A stretch of DNA of 64,000 bases from Psilocybe cubensis (Eukaryota), in NCBI GenBank assembly GCA_017499595.2, contig CM038999.1, positions 1,488,001-1,552,000 of the forward strand. The letters run 5' to 3'. Shown here one piece after another: positions 1-11,655 of this stretch (within the stretch, counting starts at the first letter, position 1; each line of letters opens with the position of its first letter). A model generated the notes under the pieces. It made no database searches. It was not told the origin of the DNA and saw nothing but the letters and a program-made list of their open reading frames with translations. Both the position numbers and the translations under genes were made by a program.

Positions 1-25
1 ATCTACCACTGACTTATTTCTATAG

Positions 26-431
26 ATCATTGGTATTGTGTACTCTGCCAAATTGACGGCTATCCCATCCGAGCTGCTCTTCACTCCTGAAAATTACTTC
101 ACTGGATTTGCCATTTTCTGGGGCGGTCTGACTGTTGGGGCTTGCAATATGTTATGCGGTATCTGCGTAGGCATCACTGGAGCGACGGCTGCCCTTGCAG
201 ATGCAGCAGACCCTGATTTGTTCGTCAAAATTCTGATTGTGGAAGTCTTTGGCAGTATTTTGGGACTTTTCGGGCTAATTGGTGCGTCAAACTCTGTTGC
301 CTTCACCTATCATATTGCTTAGTTTGTTGCTTCTAGTTGGCTTGATCATGGTGGGCTCAACAGGTGACTTCAAAGCTGCGCCTGGCGTCGCTGCGGCGGC
401 GCAGGCTGTTGTCTCTCCATTTGTTCACTAG
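26..431 (+). CDS. VMA16: V-type ATPase proteolipid subunit c'' (3' part; gene begins before the window)
   Basis: Exon 26-281 encodes [63 protein letters not shown], typical of subunit c''. GT-AG intron 282-336, then last exon VGLIMVG...PFVH with stop TAG at 429-431. Confidence 0.93.
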
Positions 432-1778
432 AAGGCACAAGAAGACTCATGGACATATATATACATAATTGCGCAAATTCTTGCGGAGTTCAATAATAAC
501 GTGTGTGACAGAGAGCAAGCAAGATGCAGGACTTATGGCTCTTCCCTTGGTTATTCCATACGCAGATAAAGATGTTTGCAAGGCGATGATCACGAGCTTT
601 TCAGAGGAGATCTTGCAGAAGTCCTTCAACTTGTTCGTAATGATGCTGAGCGCCCACCGAAGAGATAGAATCGAAGTTAACGGTAATCCAAAATATCTTC
701 CAGTGCAAAACTCTTGGCCTTAGAAGATCGTCTCTTGAAGTAGATTTCATTTTGAGATAGACTAGTTTTCACGATGTTTCTTGAGTATAAAAGGCGTAAA
801 ATGGAATTCTCCGAGTCGCACAGGGTCCGGGGGTCCACCAACGAATGGAAAAGAAGTTTGAGTAAGTCCTTTACACCTGGTTGATATAACTTCGCGGATA
901 AATTTATCCCTGATAATACCAGAAAAAAATGAAGATTCTTATAGTGGCATGGTCAAAAAGAGTGCAAAACGCACTTTTAGGTTGAAGAAACAAGTATCGA
1001 ATTATTGGGTCACCTGACATGCTCAAAATACGCGTTTAGGGGCTTACACAGTTTGCTCGCCTCGTCGACTTTGCTTCTACTATCGAGGTTTTTTTGAATA
1101 TTCAAGATAATATGTTTTTAAACGCCAAATTACTCTGTTATATAAATTCCCTGGAGCTTTTGTTTGGGAGAACTCAAGTCATGAAACGACATCCAAGATG
1201 ATAAGATAATTATATTATCCTACTACTCCACCATGGAGAAATACTAAGCTTCTCAGGCGGCGACGACGTAACATAATAACCGTCTCCTAGATCGGAATAC
1301 TTTTTCTCTACTGCTGCATCTACACGTTCGTTTGACTACGCGTAGCTAGGATCAGCTTGGAATCACTGCCTCTGTTTAATCATGAAGCATCGGCACCTCG
1401 CAGCAGGACTCTGATTCACTGATTCCAATAATTGGCACAGGCGCAGTTGATCCGCATACAGAAAATATCCAGCAAAGGAGGAGGAGATAGTAACGACGGG
1501 CCGTACGTAGTCGCCTTGACATGACTACAGTACTGCGGCCAAGACATGCGTGGGAATATGCGCTCATCCTGGACCAGCCTCAGCGAGGCTGTAAACGTTG
1601 ACGCTAAACGGCCAATGCTGCTTCGTGAAGTATATCAACGCGTACGTAGACTCGATCTTCCCTCTTCTTTACAGATCTAGAATTCTTCATAGGTGGTCAG
1701 TCTATGTGAGTGCGTTGAATTTTGCTTTGTCCAAATGGCTCCTTCACACAAGTTGTTTCCTCAGAACTTATTGATGCC

Positions 1779-3503
1779 ATGGAGCAGTTGCATATGGAAC
1801 TTGACGTGTCTACAAACCATGTCTTATACGATACCTCCCCGATTGCACGGCTCCCAGATGAGCTACTCGAGCTGATATTTCTGCACAATACTTTCAAGGA
1901 GCTGAAAGAAGACAAAACTTCGCTCGTTCACGATCCTTACAGGACTACGATCACGACCCTTCTCGTGTGTAAACGATGGTACACCGTCGCACTTTCATAT
2001 CCCCCACTATGGAGCCGTATTATCGACTACCGACGGCATTCACCTCAATGGATTGCTGAGCTGCTCTCGCGGTCCAAACACTCGCTTATAGACGTCGGCC
2101 AGGACTCGGTTTTCGAGCTTGTGCGTCTACGGGATGCGCGAGGAAAGACGATCCTTAAACATATATTCGACCATGCATCGACGCTGCGCACGCTCAGCTT
2201 GGAGATCACCTTCGCTCCTTGGGAATTTATCTGCAAGGAATTTCTACAATACCCCGCACCGGAACTGGAATACCTGAATATCATCACCTCCTGCCCCTTT
2301 CCGGACTGTCTTTATCCAGGACCTCTCTTTGCAGATTGTGCGCCGAAGTTGAGGAGGTTCCATCTGCAAAGATGTCTCGTCGATTTTACATCGCCTATGC
2401 TATGCAACTTGACAGAATTATCTGTCATGGATATTCTCTCCCCTTTCATCGGCCTCATGCGCAAGCTCGACCACCCGCTCAAAGTCGCTCCCACTCCAGG
2501 CGGATGGCTTTCAATTTTACAGCACATTCCTTCTCTGAAATATCTCACACTCAACAACGCCATCTCCCATCCAACGGACAACGAGGCAATGCCGGACATT
2601 ACCCTTCCGAACCTGCTCTTCCTAACAGTCGGCGCCAAATTCCACGACGGCACCGCCTTCCTACACCACCTCTCCATCCCCACATCGTGCGGGATCAGAC
2701 TCCGCTTCAGCCACGACAAATCAAGCACAAGCGCAGACGCCGGCCGACTGCTCTCGTTCCTCAGCACCCAGCTGTCCTTCTGGCCGGACGACACGCCGGA
2801 GCGCTATCTGCAGGCGAAGATCCTCAGCGGGGACCGCATCCATTTCGGGAACTCGAGGCGCGTGGGCCATATTTGGGATATGACAGAGGCGGACGTGATC
2901 GCGGAGCATGCGGCGAGCACCTGCGATCCGCTGCTGTGGCTCGTGCTCTCGTTCGACACCTCGGACGACACGCTGCATTTTTTCAACAGCCTCCTTTCGC
3001 TGTACGAGCCGACGTATGCGACGACTACCACCCTCGATCTATGGATAGACGAGGAGTTTATGGCTGCCGCTAACGATAACAATGCAGCGGGCAACGGCAG
3101 CGCGCTGACCAACCTCGGCCCACCCTTCCCCTCGCTCGACATCCTACACTCCTTCACATCCGTACGCACACTCAACCTCCTCGAGCGCTCCCCCCTCTAC
3201 CTCCTCCCCCACCTGCAAACAGCCTCACTGCCCGACCACACACTCTTCCCCTCCCTGCGCTCGCTGCGGCTCACACGGACCAACTTCGAGGGCGAGCAGC
3301 GCACGGCGTACTTCACGATCATCGCGTTCCTCATCTGGCGCACGCAGGTGCACAAGCCGCTTGGCGATCTGCAGATTGTCGAGAGCAGGATGAGCAGGGA
3401 GACGGAGGAGGCGATTGCGAGGGCGGGTAATGTCCGGGTTATGAAGGCTTCGGGGTCCAGTGCTTTTGTTCGCGATGGTGGGGATGGGTTGGGTGGGAGA
3501 TGA
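1779..3503 (+). CDS. F-box / LRR-like protein (agaricomycete-type), single exon
   Basis: Uninterrupted ORF (~575 aa from ATG 1779). F-box-like SPIARLPDELLELIF...VCKRWYTVALSYPPLWSRI followed by LxxLxL repeats (LRTLSL, LEYLNI, LTELSV, LKYLTL, LRSLRL). Confidence 0.85.
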   Translation: MEQLHMELDVSTNHVLYDTSPIARLPDELLELIFLHNTFKELKEDKTSLVHDPYRTTITTLLVCKRWYTVALSYPPLWSRIIDYRRHSPQWIAELLSRSKHSLIDVGQDSVFELVRLRDARGKTILKHIFDHASTLRTLSLEITFAPWEFICKEFLQYPAPELEYLNIITSCPFPDCLYPGPLFADCAPKLRRFHLQRCLVDFTSPMLCNLTELSVMDILSPFIGLMRKLDHPLKVAPTPGGWLSILQHIPSLKYLTLNNAISHPTDNEAMPDITLPNLLFLTVGAKFHDGTAFLHHLSIPTSCGIRLRFSHDKSSTSADAGRLLSFLSTQLSFWPDDTPERYLQAKILSGDRIHFGNSRRVGHIWDMTEADVIAEHAASTCDPLLWLVLSFDTSDDTLHFFNSLLSLYEPTYATTTTLDLWIDEEFMAAANDNNAAGNGSALTNLGPPFPSLDILHSFTSVRTLNLLERSPLYLLPHLQTASLPDHTLFPSLRSLRLTRTNFEGEQRTAYFTIIAFLIWRTQVHKPLGDLQIVESRMSRETEEAIARAGNVRVMKASGSSAFVRDGGDGLGGR

Positions 3504-4433
3504 TGTATTGTAAGTATTTGTGTGTGTATTTTAGGTTGTATATTTGGTGTATTAGTTTTATGGATATATTTATTCGAGCGCGTTAAATGACGCGACGCGT
3601 CCCATTCATATTTCTCAGGGGCTCATCGCGCGACGCACCACCGTCGATCCAAAAAAAAAAACAAAAAATAATTCATCAAGATGCCGCCATTTCCAAAGTA
3701 CACAATGTAGTTTGTAAGTATGTATGTAACAACGCGCACAAAAAATAGAAACTAGCAAGACCACTCTAATCTATATAGCAATAATACAATATACCATAAT
3801 ATAAGACGAATAAGTAGAAATGTAAGGTGACAACTAGTATAAAGCAGCGTATCATATCGCATCGTACGGCTTCCCATCGCACCACATCGCGTCGTATCAT
3901 ATCATATCATACACGACCCAACCACACCGAAAATCAAGGTTGTCAATAACACCCTACCCAAAGAGAACTCGCCTGCAAGAGGTATACGCCACTCAGCACA
4001 AAGCCCTCCGTTCTCCCGGGTTCCTCTCTGGGAATTCCACCGCAGCCGACTCCAATCCAATCCAACCCAACCCAATCCGAAGTCCAGAGTTCGCACCCAT
4101 GATAAAACACAGCGAGATAGCGCCTATCGCCCCTTGCTGAACCACCAAGAAAAAAGAAAAAAGAACTCCGTAAAGACGATAGTTGGAGTAGTGAGTGTCT
4201 CGTCGAAATCTTTTCCCGATGGTTGGTATTTAACGTTTAACGTTTAACTCTTCTTGAGGATGGCGGCAGTGAGAATTTGCCAATTGATCGTTTTTTCGAG
4301 TTGGGGTTTGTCTCGTCTGGTTTAAAGAAACACCTTAGCACGCGCTTTCAAATTTCAAGCTTCAAGCATTATGCTTGATGTACCCCGGAGCTGCGCCTCG
4401 AACCGATACAGCGCAGCTCGTCTCGATAGGGCG

Positions 4434-6895
4434 TTAACGCCCCGACCCGGCAGCAGCGCGCAAGAGCATACCCAACACCTCCCAATAAAACGTTTTATCC
4501 CGTCTATCCTGCTCGTCCAGCTCTGCGTCCGGGTCCGGGTCCAAATTCACTTTCGAGTTCGAAGTTCCATCCTCTACATCCATCGCCTCACCCTGCTTCA
4601 CTGATACTTTCGGTGGACCGAACACCTCATCAATGATCCTCTTCACATCCGCATCCTCTCGCTCCTTCTCCTCGCGCTTCCCTACCCCATCCTCCCCATT
4701 CCCATTCACATCCGCACCCATACCACCCGCCCCCGCCAAAGCCCGCACATCACACTCCCTCACCGCCCGCGCCCCAATCCACGCACGCACCAGCTCAAAC
4801 CGGATACGCAACAACAGCGCGCGGGGCGTCGTCCACGGCGTATGCGCCGCCACATGCGGCTCTGCGCTCCCGCGCGGTACGGAGTCTTCGTCCTCTCGCT
4901 CGGTGTCTTCTTCTTCTTCTTCGTGCGTCGCTTTGGCTTTTCCTTTGCCCTTTGCTTTGACCTGCGCTTTGGCTCTGGCTTTACCCTTGGCCATAGTTTT
5001 GGCTTTGACATTGACCCTGGCGGTGGTTTTGGAGGTTGGAGTTGTGGTCCTACCGTTTGCCCGCGACCCGCGCGTGGGTGTGGTTGGACCCGCCGCTAAT
5101 CGTCCCGAGGTGCGTCGCGTCTGGCGGTCTACAGGGTTTTCTGTGGTGCGCCGCGGTGTGCTCGGGACAGCAGCAGCAGGCTTGGGCGCGGGAGGATTCA
5201 GCTGGATGAGATGGGCGATCTCCATTAGCGGCGGGAGCTGTATGCGCATCTGCGGCAGCGGTGGTGCTGGTGTTGGTGCTGCCGGCGCTGATGCTGGTGC
5301 AGGTGTTGGTGCAAGCACTGGTGTCGCAGGAGCTGGTGGCGCAGCCCGCTTGGGCGTCTGTGGTGCGACAACCGGTGGCGGGCCCATAGCTCCGGTACCA
5401 TTAGGCACAACCTTGTCGTTTTCTTTTTTTTTCTCTGGCGTTGTGAGACCGTTCTCAGCGGCGGCAACAGCAGCAGCAGCGATACGCGCCGCGGGTTTAG
5501 GGCGCGGCCTGATTCTCGGTCTGGTGGCCACAGGCGACCCCGGTGGGAAGGTCATACTATTAACACTCCCCCTCCCTGGCGTCGCAGTCACATCTGCACT
5601 TGTTGTTGTCGCTGACCCGCCTGACATGGGCGGGGGCGCGTCGATGGGCAGCATGCGGGTGTCATATTCGGGCTCGGGCTCGAGGAGGGCGAGGATCTTT
5701 TTGCAGAGGACGAGTTTGAAGGAGATGGCTGCGGGCGAGGTGGAGGAGAGGCGGGTGAGGAGGTCAGTGAGTATCGAGCGATGGGTGTGCGATGGAGAGG
5801 CAGAGGCGGCGAGGGAGATTTGGGAGAGCACAGTAGACGCAAAGGGGATAAGATCGAGATGACCGGATTGGGTGAGCTCCAGGAGCTGAAAATAGAAATT
5901 AGTTTACAAAGATATGGGAAGAGAAAAGCAAGAACACACAAGGTTGAAGAGACGCAGGCCCGTGCGTTGACGGCGTAAATCGGATTGTTTGAATGCGAAA
6001 AAGATGATTTTGAGAGGCTCTGATGCGTCCCAGCGCTTGTGGCTGCCAATGGTGGGTGGGGGTAGCTGCCTGAGCAGCAGAGAAGAGTGCTTGGCTGGAA
6101 ATAATCTGAGTACAAAGGAGAGGGAAGAAAGACGCGATACTCACGCTCGGGAGACTGCTCTGCATCTGCCTCGAAGAGGTCGACGAACCATTCGAGGGTG
6201 TGCCACGCGTTGTCGCCGACTACGAGACTGTCGTCCTCGACGGTCCAGTCTGTGAATGAGCCTGCGAAGGAGGATTCCCTGGCGATGGTGGAGGACCTGC
6301 GCTGCTTTGCCATGGCCTTTTGCTCTGCGGCGAGACTTGCCCTGTAGGTCTTGACTATCCAATCTGAGCGGAGAACATCCCAGACGGAGCGTGCGTTCTT
6401 GAGAGCGATGGCCTGGGGATGAATGGGACTGTCGATGTACTCAAAGGAAGCGAGCTGGGGGACCTTTGACTCGGGGTAAAAGGGCAGAGCTGGTGCAAAG
6501 GCAGCGGCAGGGTTTGTGCGGACAAAGGCACGGAGGAGACGGTGAGCAGCGCGGACGGCGGATGGATGGAGGACGATGTCTGATTTGTGGTGCCTCATCA
6601 TCTTGCGGGGCGACTGGCGCAGGAGCTCTGCAGGGTCGTGGACGGGCTGAGTGGGGTCGTCGATGCGGGAGGGACGGGCATTGTGGTGGAGGGAGATGTA
6701 GAGTGTGTGGAGAAGGAGGATGCTGGGGAGTCTGTTAGTGGGAGTGGCGCAGAAAAAGAAAAAAACATACGGAGATGGTCTGTGGTGGGGAGAGCGACAA
6801 GTATCGAAAATGGCAATTGCATGGTCAAACTGGGCCTCCTCGATGGCGCTCTCGACGAGGATGCGCAGCTGTTTGTCCATTTCAGGCAGCGCCAT
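4434..6895 (-). CDS. Multi-exon hypothetical protein: helical N-terminal domain and long Pro/Ala/Lys-rich disordered C-terminus (possibly Nse5-like)
   Basis: Overlapping ORFs 5588-6910 and 4434-5831 are joined by GT-AG introns (approximately 6770-6724, 6144-6094, 5939-5886). ATG at 6895 (MALPEMDKQLRILVESAIEE). No family motif recognised with certainty. Confidence 0.7.
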
Positions 6896-6970
6896 GGCCG
6901 TCGAGAACAAGACGCGCCAAAGTCACGAAGCGTCACACTCACGAGACTCTCTTGTAACCCTACCATCATC

Positions 6971-8240
6971 ATGACTTTGAATGCCCTCCCTGAAGCTGCC
7001 CCCGTAACAATGGCCTCTCCACCAACCCAGCCGCCCTCCCCGCCCAGGGACACCGTCGTCGACCCCCGCGTCGTCGCCCTCCGCGCCATGTTCCCCGACT
7101 ACGACGATCTCATCCTGTATGTCTTTTCCTCATCACCCATCCCCCACCCTCACTCTCTCCCAGCCAGTCAGTCCTCGAGTCTGCATCTGGCAACCAGGAC
7201 AGAGCAGTCGACATCCTCCTCGGCATGACCGACCCAGAGTTCAAGAGCGAGGCGCCTCAGCAGCCCCCTCCTCAGCCCCTCGTATGTCCCAAGCCCTTTC
7301 CAAAATCACACTCACTCATCTCATCTTATCCAGTCCCAGACAGAGCTCGACGAGCAGTTCGCCCGCCAGCTCGTCATGCAGGAGCAGCAGCAGGAGACTC
7401 AGCATTGGCTTGCCCAGCAGCAGCAACAGCGTCCCCCCGCCATCCGTCGCTCCTCTTCCCGTAGCGCTGCCTCTCCGCAGCATCAGGAAGGCCAAGACAG
7501 ACCGAGCGAGCTCCAAGAACAATTCACCAAGATCGCAGAGAGTCCGTCTATCTCTCCCCATTTATCTTATCTCCTACTGATAACCTCACTCAGCCGGCAA
7601 AAAGACTTTCGGCAACATCTTTTCAAAGGTCAAAGCAAAGCTCCAGGAGCTCGAGACTGGCAGACCCGCCAACACACAACCTGCGCCCTCAGCTTCTCAG
7701 CCCTACCAGACTTACCACCCTCATTCCCAGGCCCACACGCAGACCCCGCAACAACAAGCTCCCTACTTTGACCCCAGCTCCGATCGCGCCGTCCAGGGTT
7801 ACGATGTTTGCAAGTACCATCGCTGTTTCCTTTCAACCTGATGCTGATCTTCCCTGTAGCGATGCCGACTCCCGCAACATCTACATCACCACCATCATCC
7901 TCTCCCCCACCCTCACAACAGCTCCAGCCCCAGGCTCAACCCCAACTGACCACCAACGCCGTCCCTCCTCCCCCGGCAACCTCCCAAGGCGCACCCATCG
8001 ACGGAGGTGCGCTCCTTTCTCCCCTAATCCTTCTTATCCCAAACTAATCATTTCCCAGGAAAACTCGGTCTCATGCCCAAACGCCCCGTATCTCTCATTC
8101 GCGAACCCAACGCGCAACCAGCGGCCGGGTCCGGCTCTGGCTCACAACAACAACGAAGTCTCCTAGACGACGATGACGATGACGGTCTTGAGTATGCCGA
8201 GAACCCGTTCGACGACCACACCGCGACCGGGAAGAAGTAG
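6971..8240 (+). CDS. CUE5: CUE-domain ubiquitin-binding protein (Cue5-like)
   Basis: Spliced product contains the CUE motif LRAMFPDYDDLIL/QSVL...DRAVDILLGM, then QTELDEQFARQL and a C-terminus KLGLMPKRPVSLI...DDDDDGLEYAENPFDD. Stop TAG at 8238-8240. Confidence 0.85.
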
Positions 8241-8437
8241 GCCGATAGACTTGCTGATGAAGATAGATGAAATTATATCTAAATATCCTTTGCTGCTCTC
8301 TTGTGTATGTTGTTTTTTATGTCTTTTATATACGGTATGTATGTGTGTATGTACAACGCGGACGGATGGAATTTTTTTTGTATATTGCAATGCACATTAT
8401 TTTGCTGGAGCTGTTCTGTCTTTGTTGGACATATAAT

Positions 8438-10660
8438 TTACCGCCTCTTCTTCCGCCCGCCTTCTGCGTCCTCGTCCTTTGCCGCCTTGCGCTTATTCTT
8501 CTTCTCGTCCTTGGCCCCGGCGCCCTCCTCTTTCTCAACCCACCCAGCCGCCTCATCCACAACACCCAAAAGCGCCTCCAACACGCGCTTCTCGCCCAAC
8601 CGCACCATAATCGCATGTCTCCTCCTCCTCTTCCCCACATCCCCCACCGACACCGGCACAGCATCCAACGCACCAAGCGCCGCCTTATCCTCCAGCACCC
8701 CGCCACCCACATACATCCCAGCTCTGCGCACGAGCACGGCGCGCGCGACGCGCAGCGCCCGCGCGTCCGCGCCTGGCTTGGGCATTTTGTCCTTTTGCTG
8801 CGCGCGCGCAAAGTCGGCGGCGGGTAGGCTGAGCAGGCGGATGAATGCGAGGAGGGAGGGGGTGAGTGTTTGTACGAGGCGCTGTTTTGGATCGGCCGTG
8901 CTGCTCTGAGAGGCGTCGGTGTCCGCTAGGGGATGTTCCAGCACGAATACACTGGAATAACAAGAAAGAAACAAGTTAGTTATGTGTCTTTTTTTGGATG
9001 TGATAGGGCTTACTCTTCGCCTACGTCCTCCATCCACCAGTCGATCCGCGGCTCCATGTCGTCCATCGTCATTGGACTGTTCCCTCCGCCCACATTGGCG
9101 TTGGCGTTCAGCTCGTCCAGCACACACTGCACGACGAGGTCCGCGCGGATCTCGAGCACGTCCCCGGGGTTGCCGTACTCCTGCTCTTGCGCATTTCCGC
9201 TTTCGCTTTTAGATGTGAAAGGCAGGGGAAGCCAGTCGACGTGTCCATAAGCTCGCAGGAGCTCCGCGTTTGGTGGGTCGCCGTACGTGTTCCACTGTGT
9301 TCATAAAAAGTAAAAATCAGGCGAACAAGAAAAAATATTTTTAAAAAAAAGAAAAGTAAAGACGCACGATTTGTTCTCCGGCTTTTATCACTCGCGTCGA
9401 AACCATCTTCAAGCACTCAGGTTCGTAGAACAGGCGGACCTGTGTATATAAGAACGCGTTGGTACCTCTAACTAACCACATTCAACACGAACAAAAAGCG
9501 CAAAAACGCACATTTTCAGACTTATATCGCGCGTTGAGGATATCAGCAAGCGGGACCATGGCAATTTCAGTATTATCATCTTCGTCAGCTTCATCTCCAT
9601 CTTCATCCTCTCCCTCGTCATCGTCCTCGTTGTGTTCATCCACGGCACCATCTTCATGCTCGTGGCCAGTCGCTTCCGGCTCATCAACGTCCATCGCACT
9701 GCCCATGCTCGCGTTACCCACATCCTGGTCCTGTCCCGCATCAGCAAGCTCGCTCTCATCCTTCTCAACCGTGAAGCTGCGCGACTGGATACGCGTGCCC
9801 ATCATATGAAACACGTCGAGCGAGTACAGCGTCGGAATGTCCTCTTGCGCAAACAGATCCGGACGGCTCTGTATGGTGAAATAAGACAAATGATGTGTAA
9901 TTAGTTATGTTAATAAACCCAGTGGTACGCACCTGGATCGCGGGGAGCACTTTTTCAGCGTAGGTTTTTTCGGCGTCGTCTTTTCCTAATTTGTCTGTGT
10001 GTCGTAGGTACGGATTAGCATGGTTTTGAGGAGGGAAGGGGAGGGGAGAGGGCGAGGAGAGGAGAGGGTAAGTGCGAAAACGGACCTACCACCGATGTTC
10101 CCTTAAGCTCCGCCAGCTCGTCTTCACTCCAGAACATAGGCGTATCAAACGTCGTAGGCATCATCTCTAAAAACATTTTTTTTTAAAAAAAAATTGGTGC
10201 GCGTGCAATAATCAGCAACCCTTCTCAAACAAAACAAAAGCAAAAGCAAAATTGAAGAAAGCCCCGTACCAAAGTAAGAACACCATTTCGACTGTGCGCC
10301 TTGTGCCGCCTCCCACATCATGCATAGGATGAGGCCTGCCCAGCCGCGATGCAGCTCGAACGTCTTCTTCCACGCGCGCTCGCCCATCTTGGCAGGCAGT
10401 GCGCTCGTGCGCGGTGTGAGCAGCAGCTTACGCGGGATCGAGAACACGGTGTGGTTTTCCTGGTGGAAAAGTTAATTAGGTGTTAGACATTATTAGAGGT
10501 AGATGTTTAGAGCAGTACGTACGGGGATGTCGACGAGCGCGATCGCGCCGCGTCCGCCTTCTGACGCTGGGAAGTCCATAACGTCCATCGCAGCCGTGTC
10601 GATATACCCGTCATTCGACTGGAACCACGAGAAGAACGCTTGCATCTCGGGTGAAGGCAT
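8438..10660 (-). CDS. RKM4: SET-domain N-lysine methyltransferase (Rkm4/SETD6 family)
   Basis: GRGAIAL, FSIPRKLLLT, GWAGLILCMMWE, IQSRSF, an acidic insert, MVPLADILNA (NA in place of NH, as in Rkm4), NTYGDPPNAELLRAYGHVD and a basic C-terminal tail. Multi-exon. Confidence 0.85.
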
Positions 10661-10927
10661 TTTTTTATTGCGTTGTATAAGCAAAGCTCTCTGGTAAATG
10701 TAATTGAAGATAGATAAAAATGAGAAACTGTGAACGTGAACGTGAAGACGCAAACCAAATAGCGGGAGGAGCGATCACGGTAGACGACGGAAGCAATTTT
10801 GCCAACTTTTTTTCTTTCGTTGATAGCGGGCGGGCCGAGTTACCGATTTTGATCGTTTTCCCACGATAATTTACACGCGTTGCGTGTCCGCGGCCGCAGT
10901 TCGAGTCGCTGAGCGCTCGCTCAACTT

Positions 10928-11655
10928 AGAACCGCGACAAATGATACTGATGAACAGATTTGTTCGTGTAAGTATCATTCTATTTTCCGTGTGCGATGAC
11001 AGCCAAGTCTCATAGTTGTCCTACTTCGATCATATACTACCACAAAATTGGGTAGGCGCTCTACATAGCCCCTACATTAAACAGCGTCAGCTTGTCGAAG
11101 TGGTTGTCAGATCCAGTTCGCTTGGAGGCTCGAAGCATTCAACTAGACTGGCATTTTGCGAGTCATTGTGCAAGTTCCATGGTGCAAGTGCAATGGAGCA
11201 TATTGAGCGCTATTGAACTTCTGCGATGTTAGAACGAAGCTGTTATGGTAACCTTCATGGCTTCGAGAAGTCACTAACTGACTTCGTATCGCGTTCTGTC
11301 TGGGAGAGACTACAACTGAGAACCGCGACAGAAATACTGGTGAACAGATAAACCTCTAAATGGCACATTGGGCAGAAGAACATGACAGCCAAGTCTCATA
11401 GTTGTCCTACTCCAATCATATATCACGAAATGGAACGGGCGCTCTATATAGCGTCTACATTGAATATTGTCAGCTTGTCGGCAAGGTTCTCAGGTCCAGT
11501 TCGCTCGGAGCCTCTAAGCGTTCAACTAGGCTGGCATTTCGCGAGTCTTTGCGCAAGTGCCATGGAGCATATTGAGGGCTACTCAACTTCTGAGATATTA
11601 AAAGGAAAGCTCCTATAGTTACCTTCAAGATTTCTAGAAGTCACTGACTGACTGC
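10928..11655. repeat. Diverged tandem direct duplication, two units, period 391 bp
   Basis: Both units start AGAACCGCGACA (10928, 11319). They share ATGACAGCCAAGTCTCATAGTTGTCCTACT, GTCAGCTTGTCG, TCCAGTTCGCT, ATGGAGCATATTGAG and AGAAGTCACT(A/G)ACTGACT in the same order. Confidence 0.9.

Noticed and set aside
2219-3073. 284-aa alternate-frame ORF inside the F-box gene
   Set aside because: Arg/Pro-rich off-frame product expected from high GC3.
3850-4080. (ATCAT)n and (CCAAY)n runs
   Set aside because: Ordinary short microsatellites in a 3' intergenic region.
4633-5862. 409-aa ORF on the + strand
   Set aside because: Antisense shadow of the GC-rich, low-complexity minus-strand exon. No independent motif.
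8267-8909. Two + strand ORFs (186 and 202 aa)
   Set aside because: Antisense to the last exon of the SET gene and start in UTR-like TG-rich sequence.
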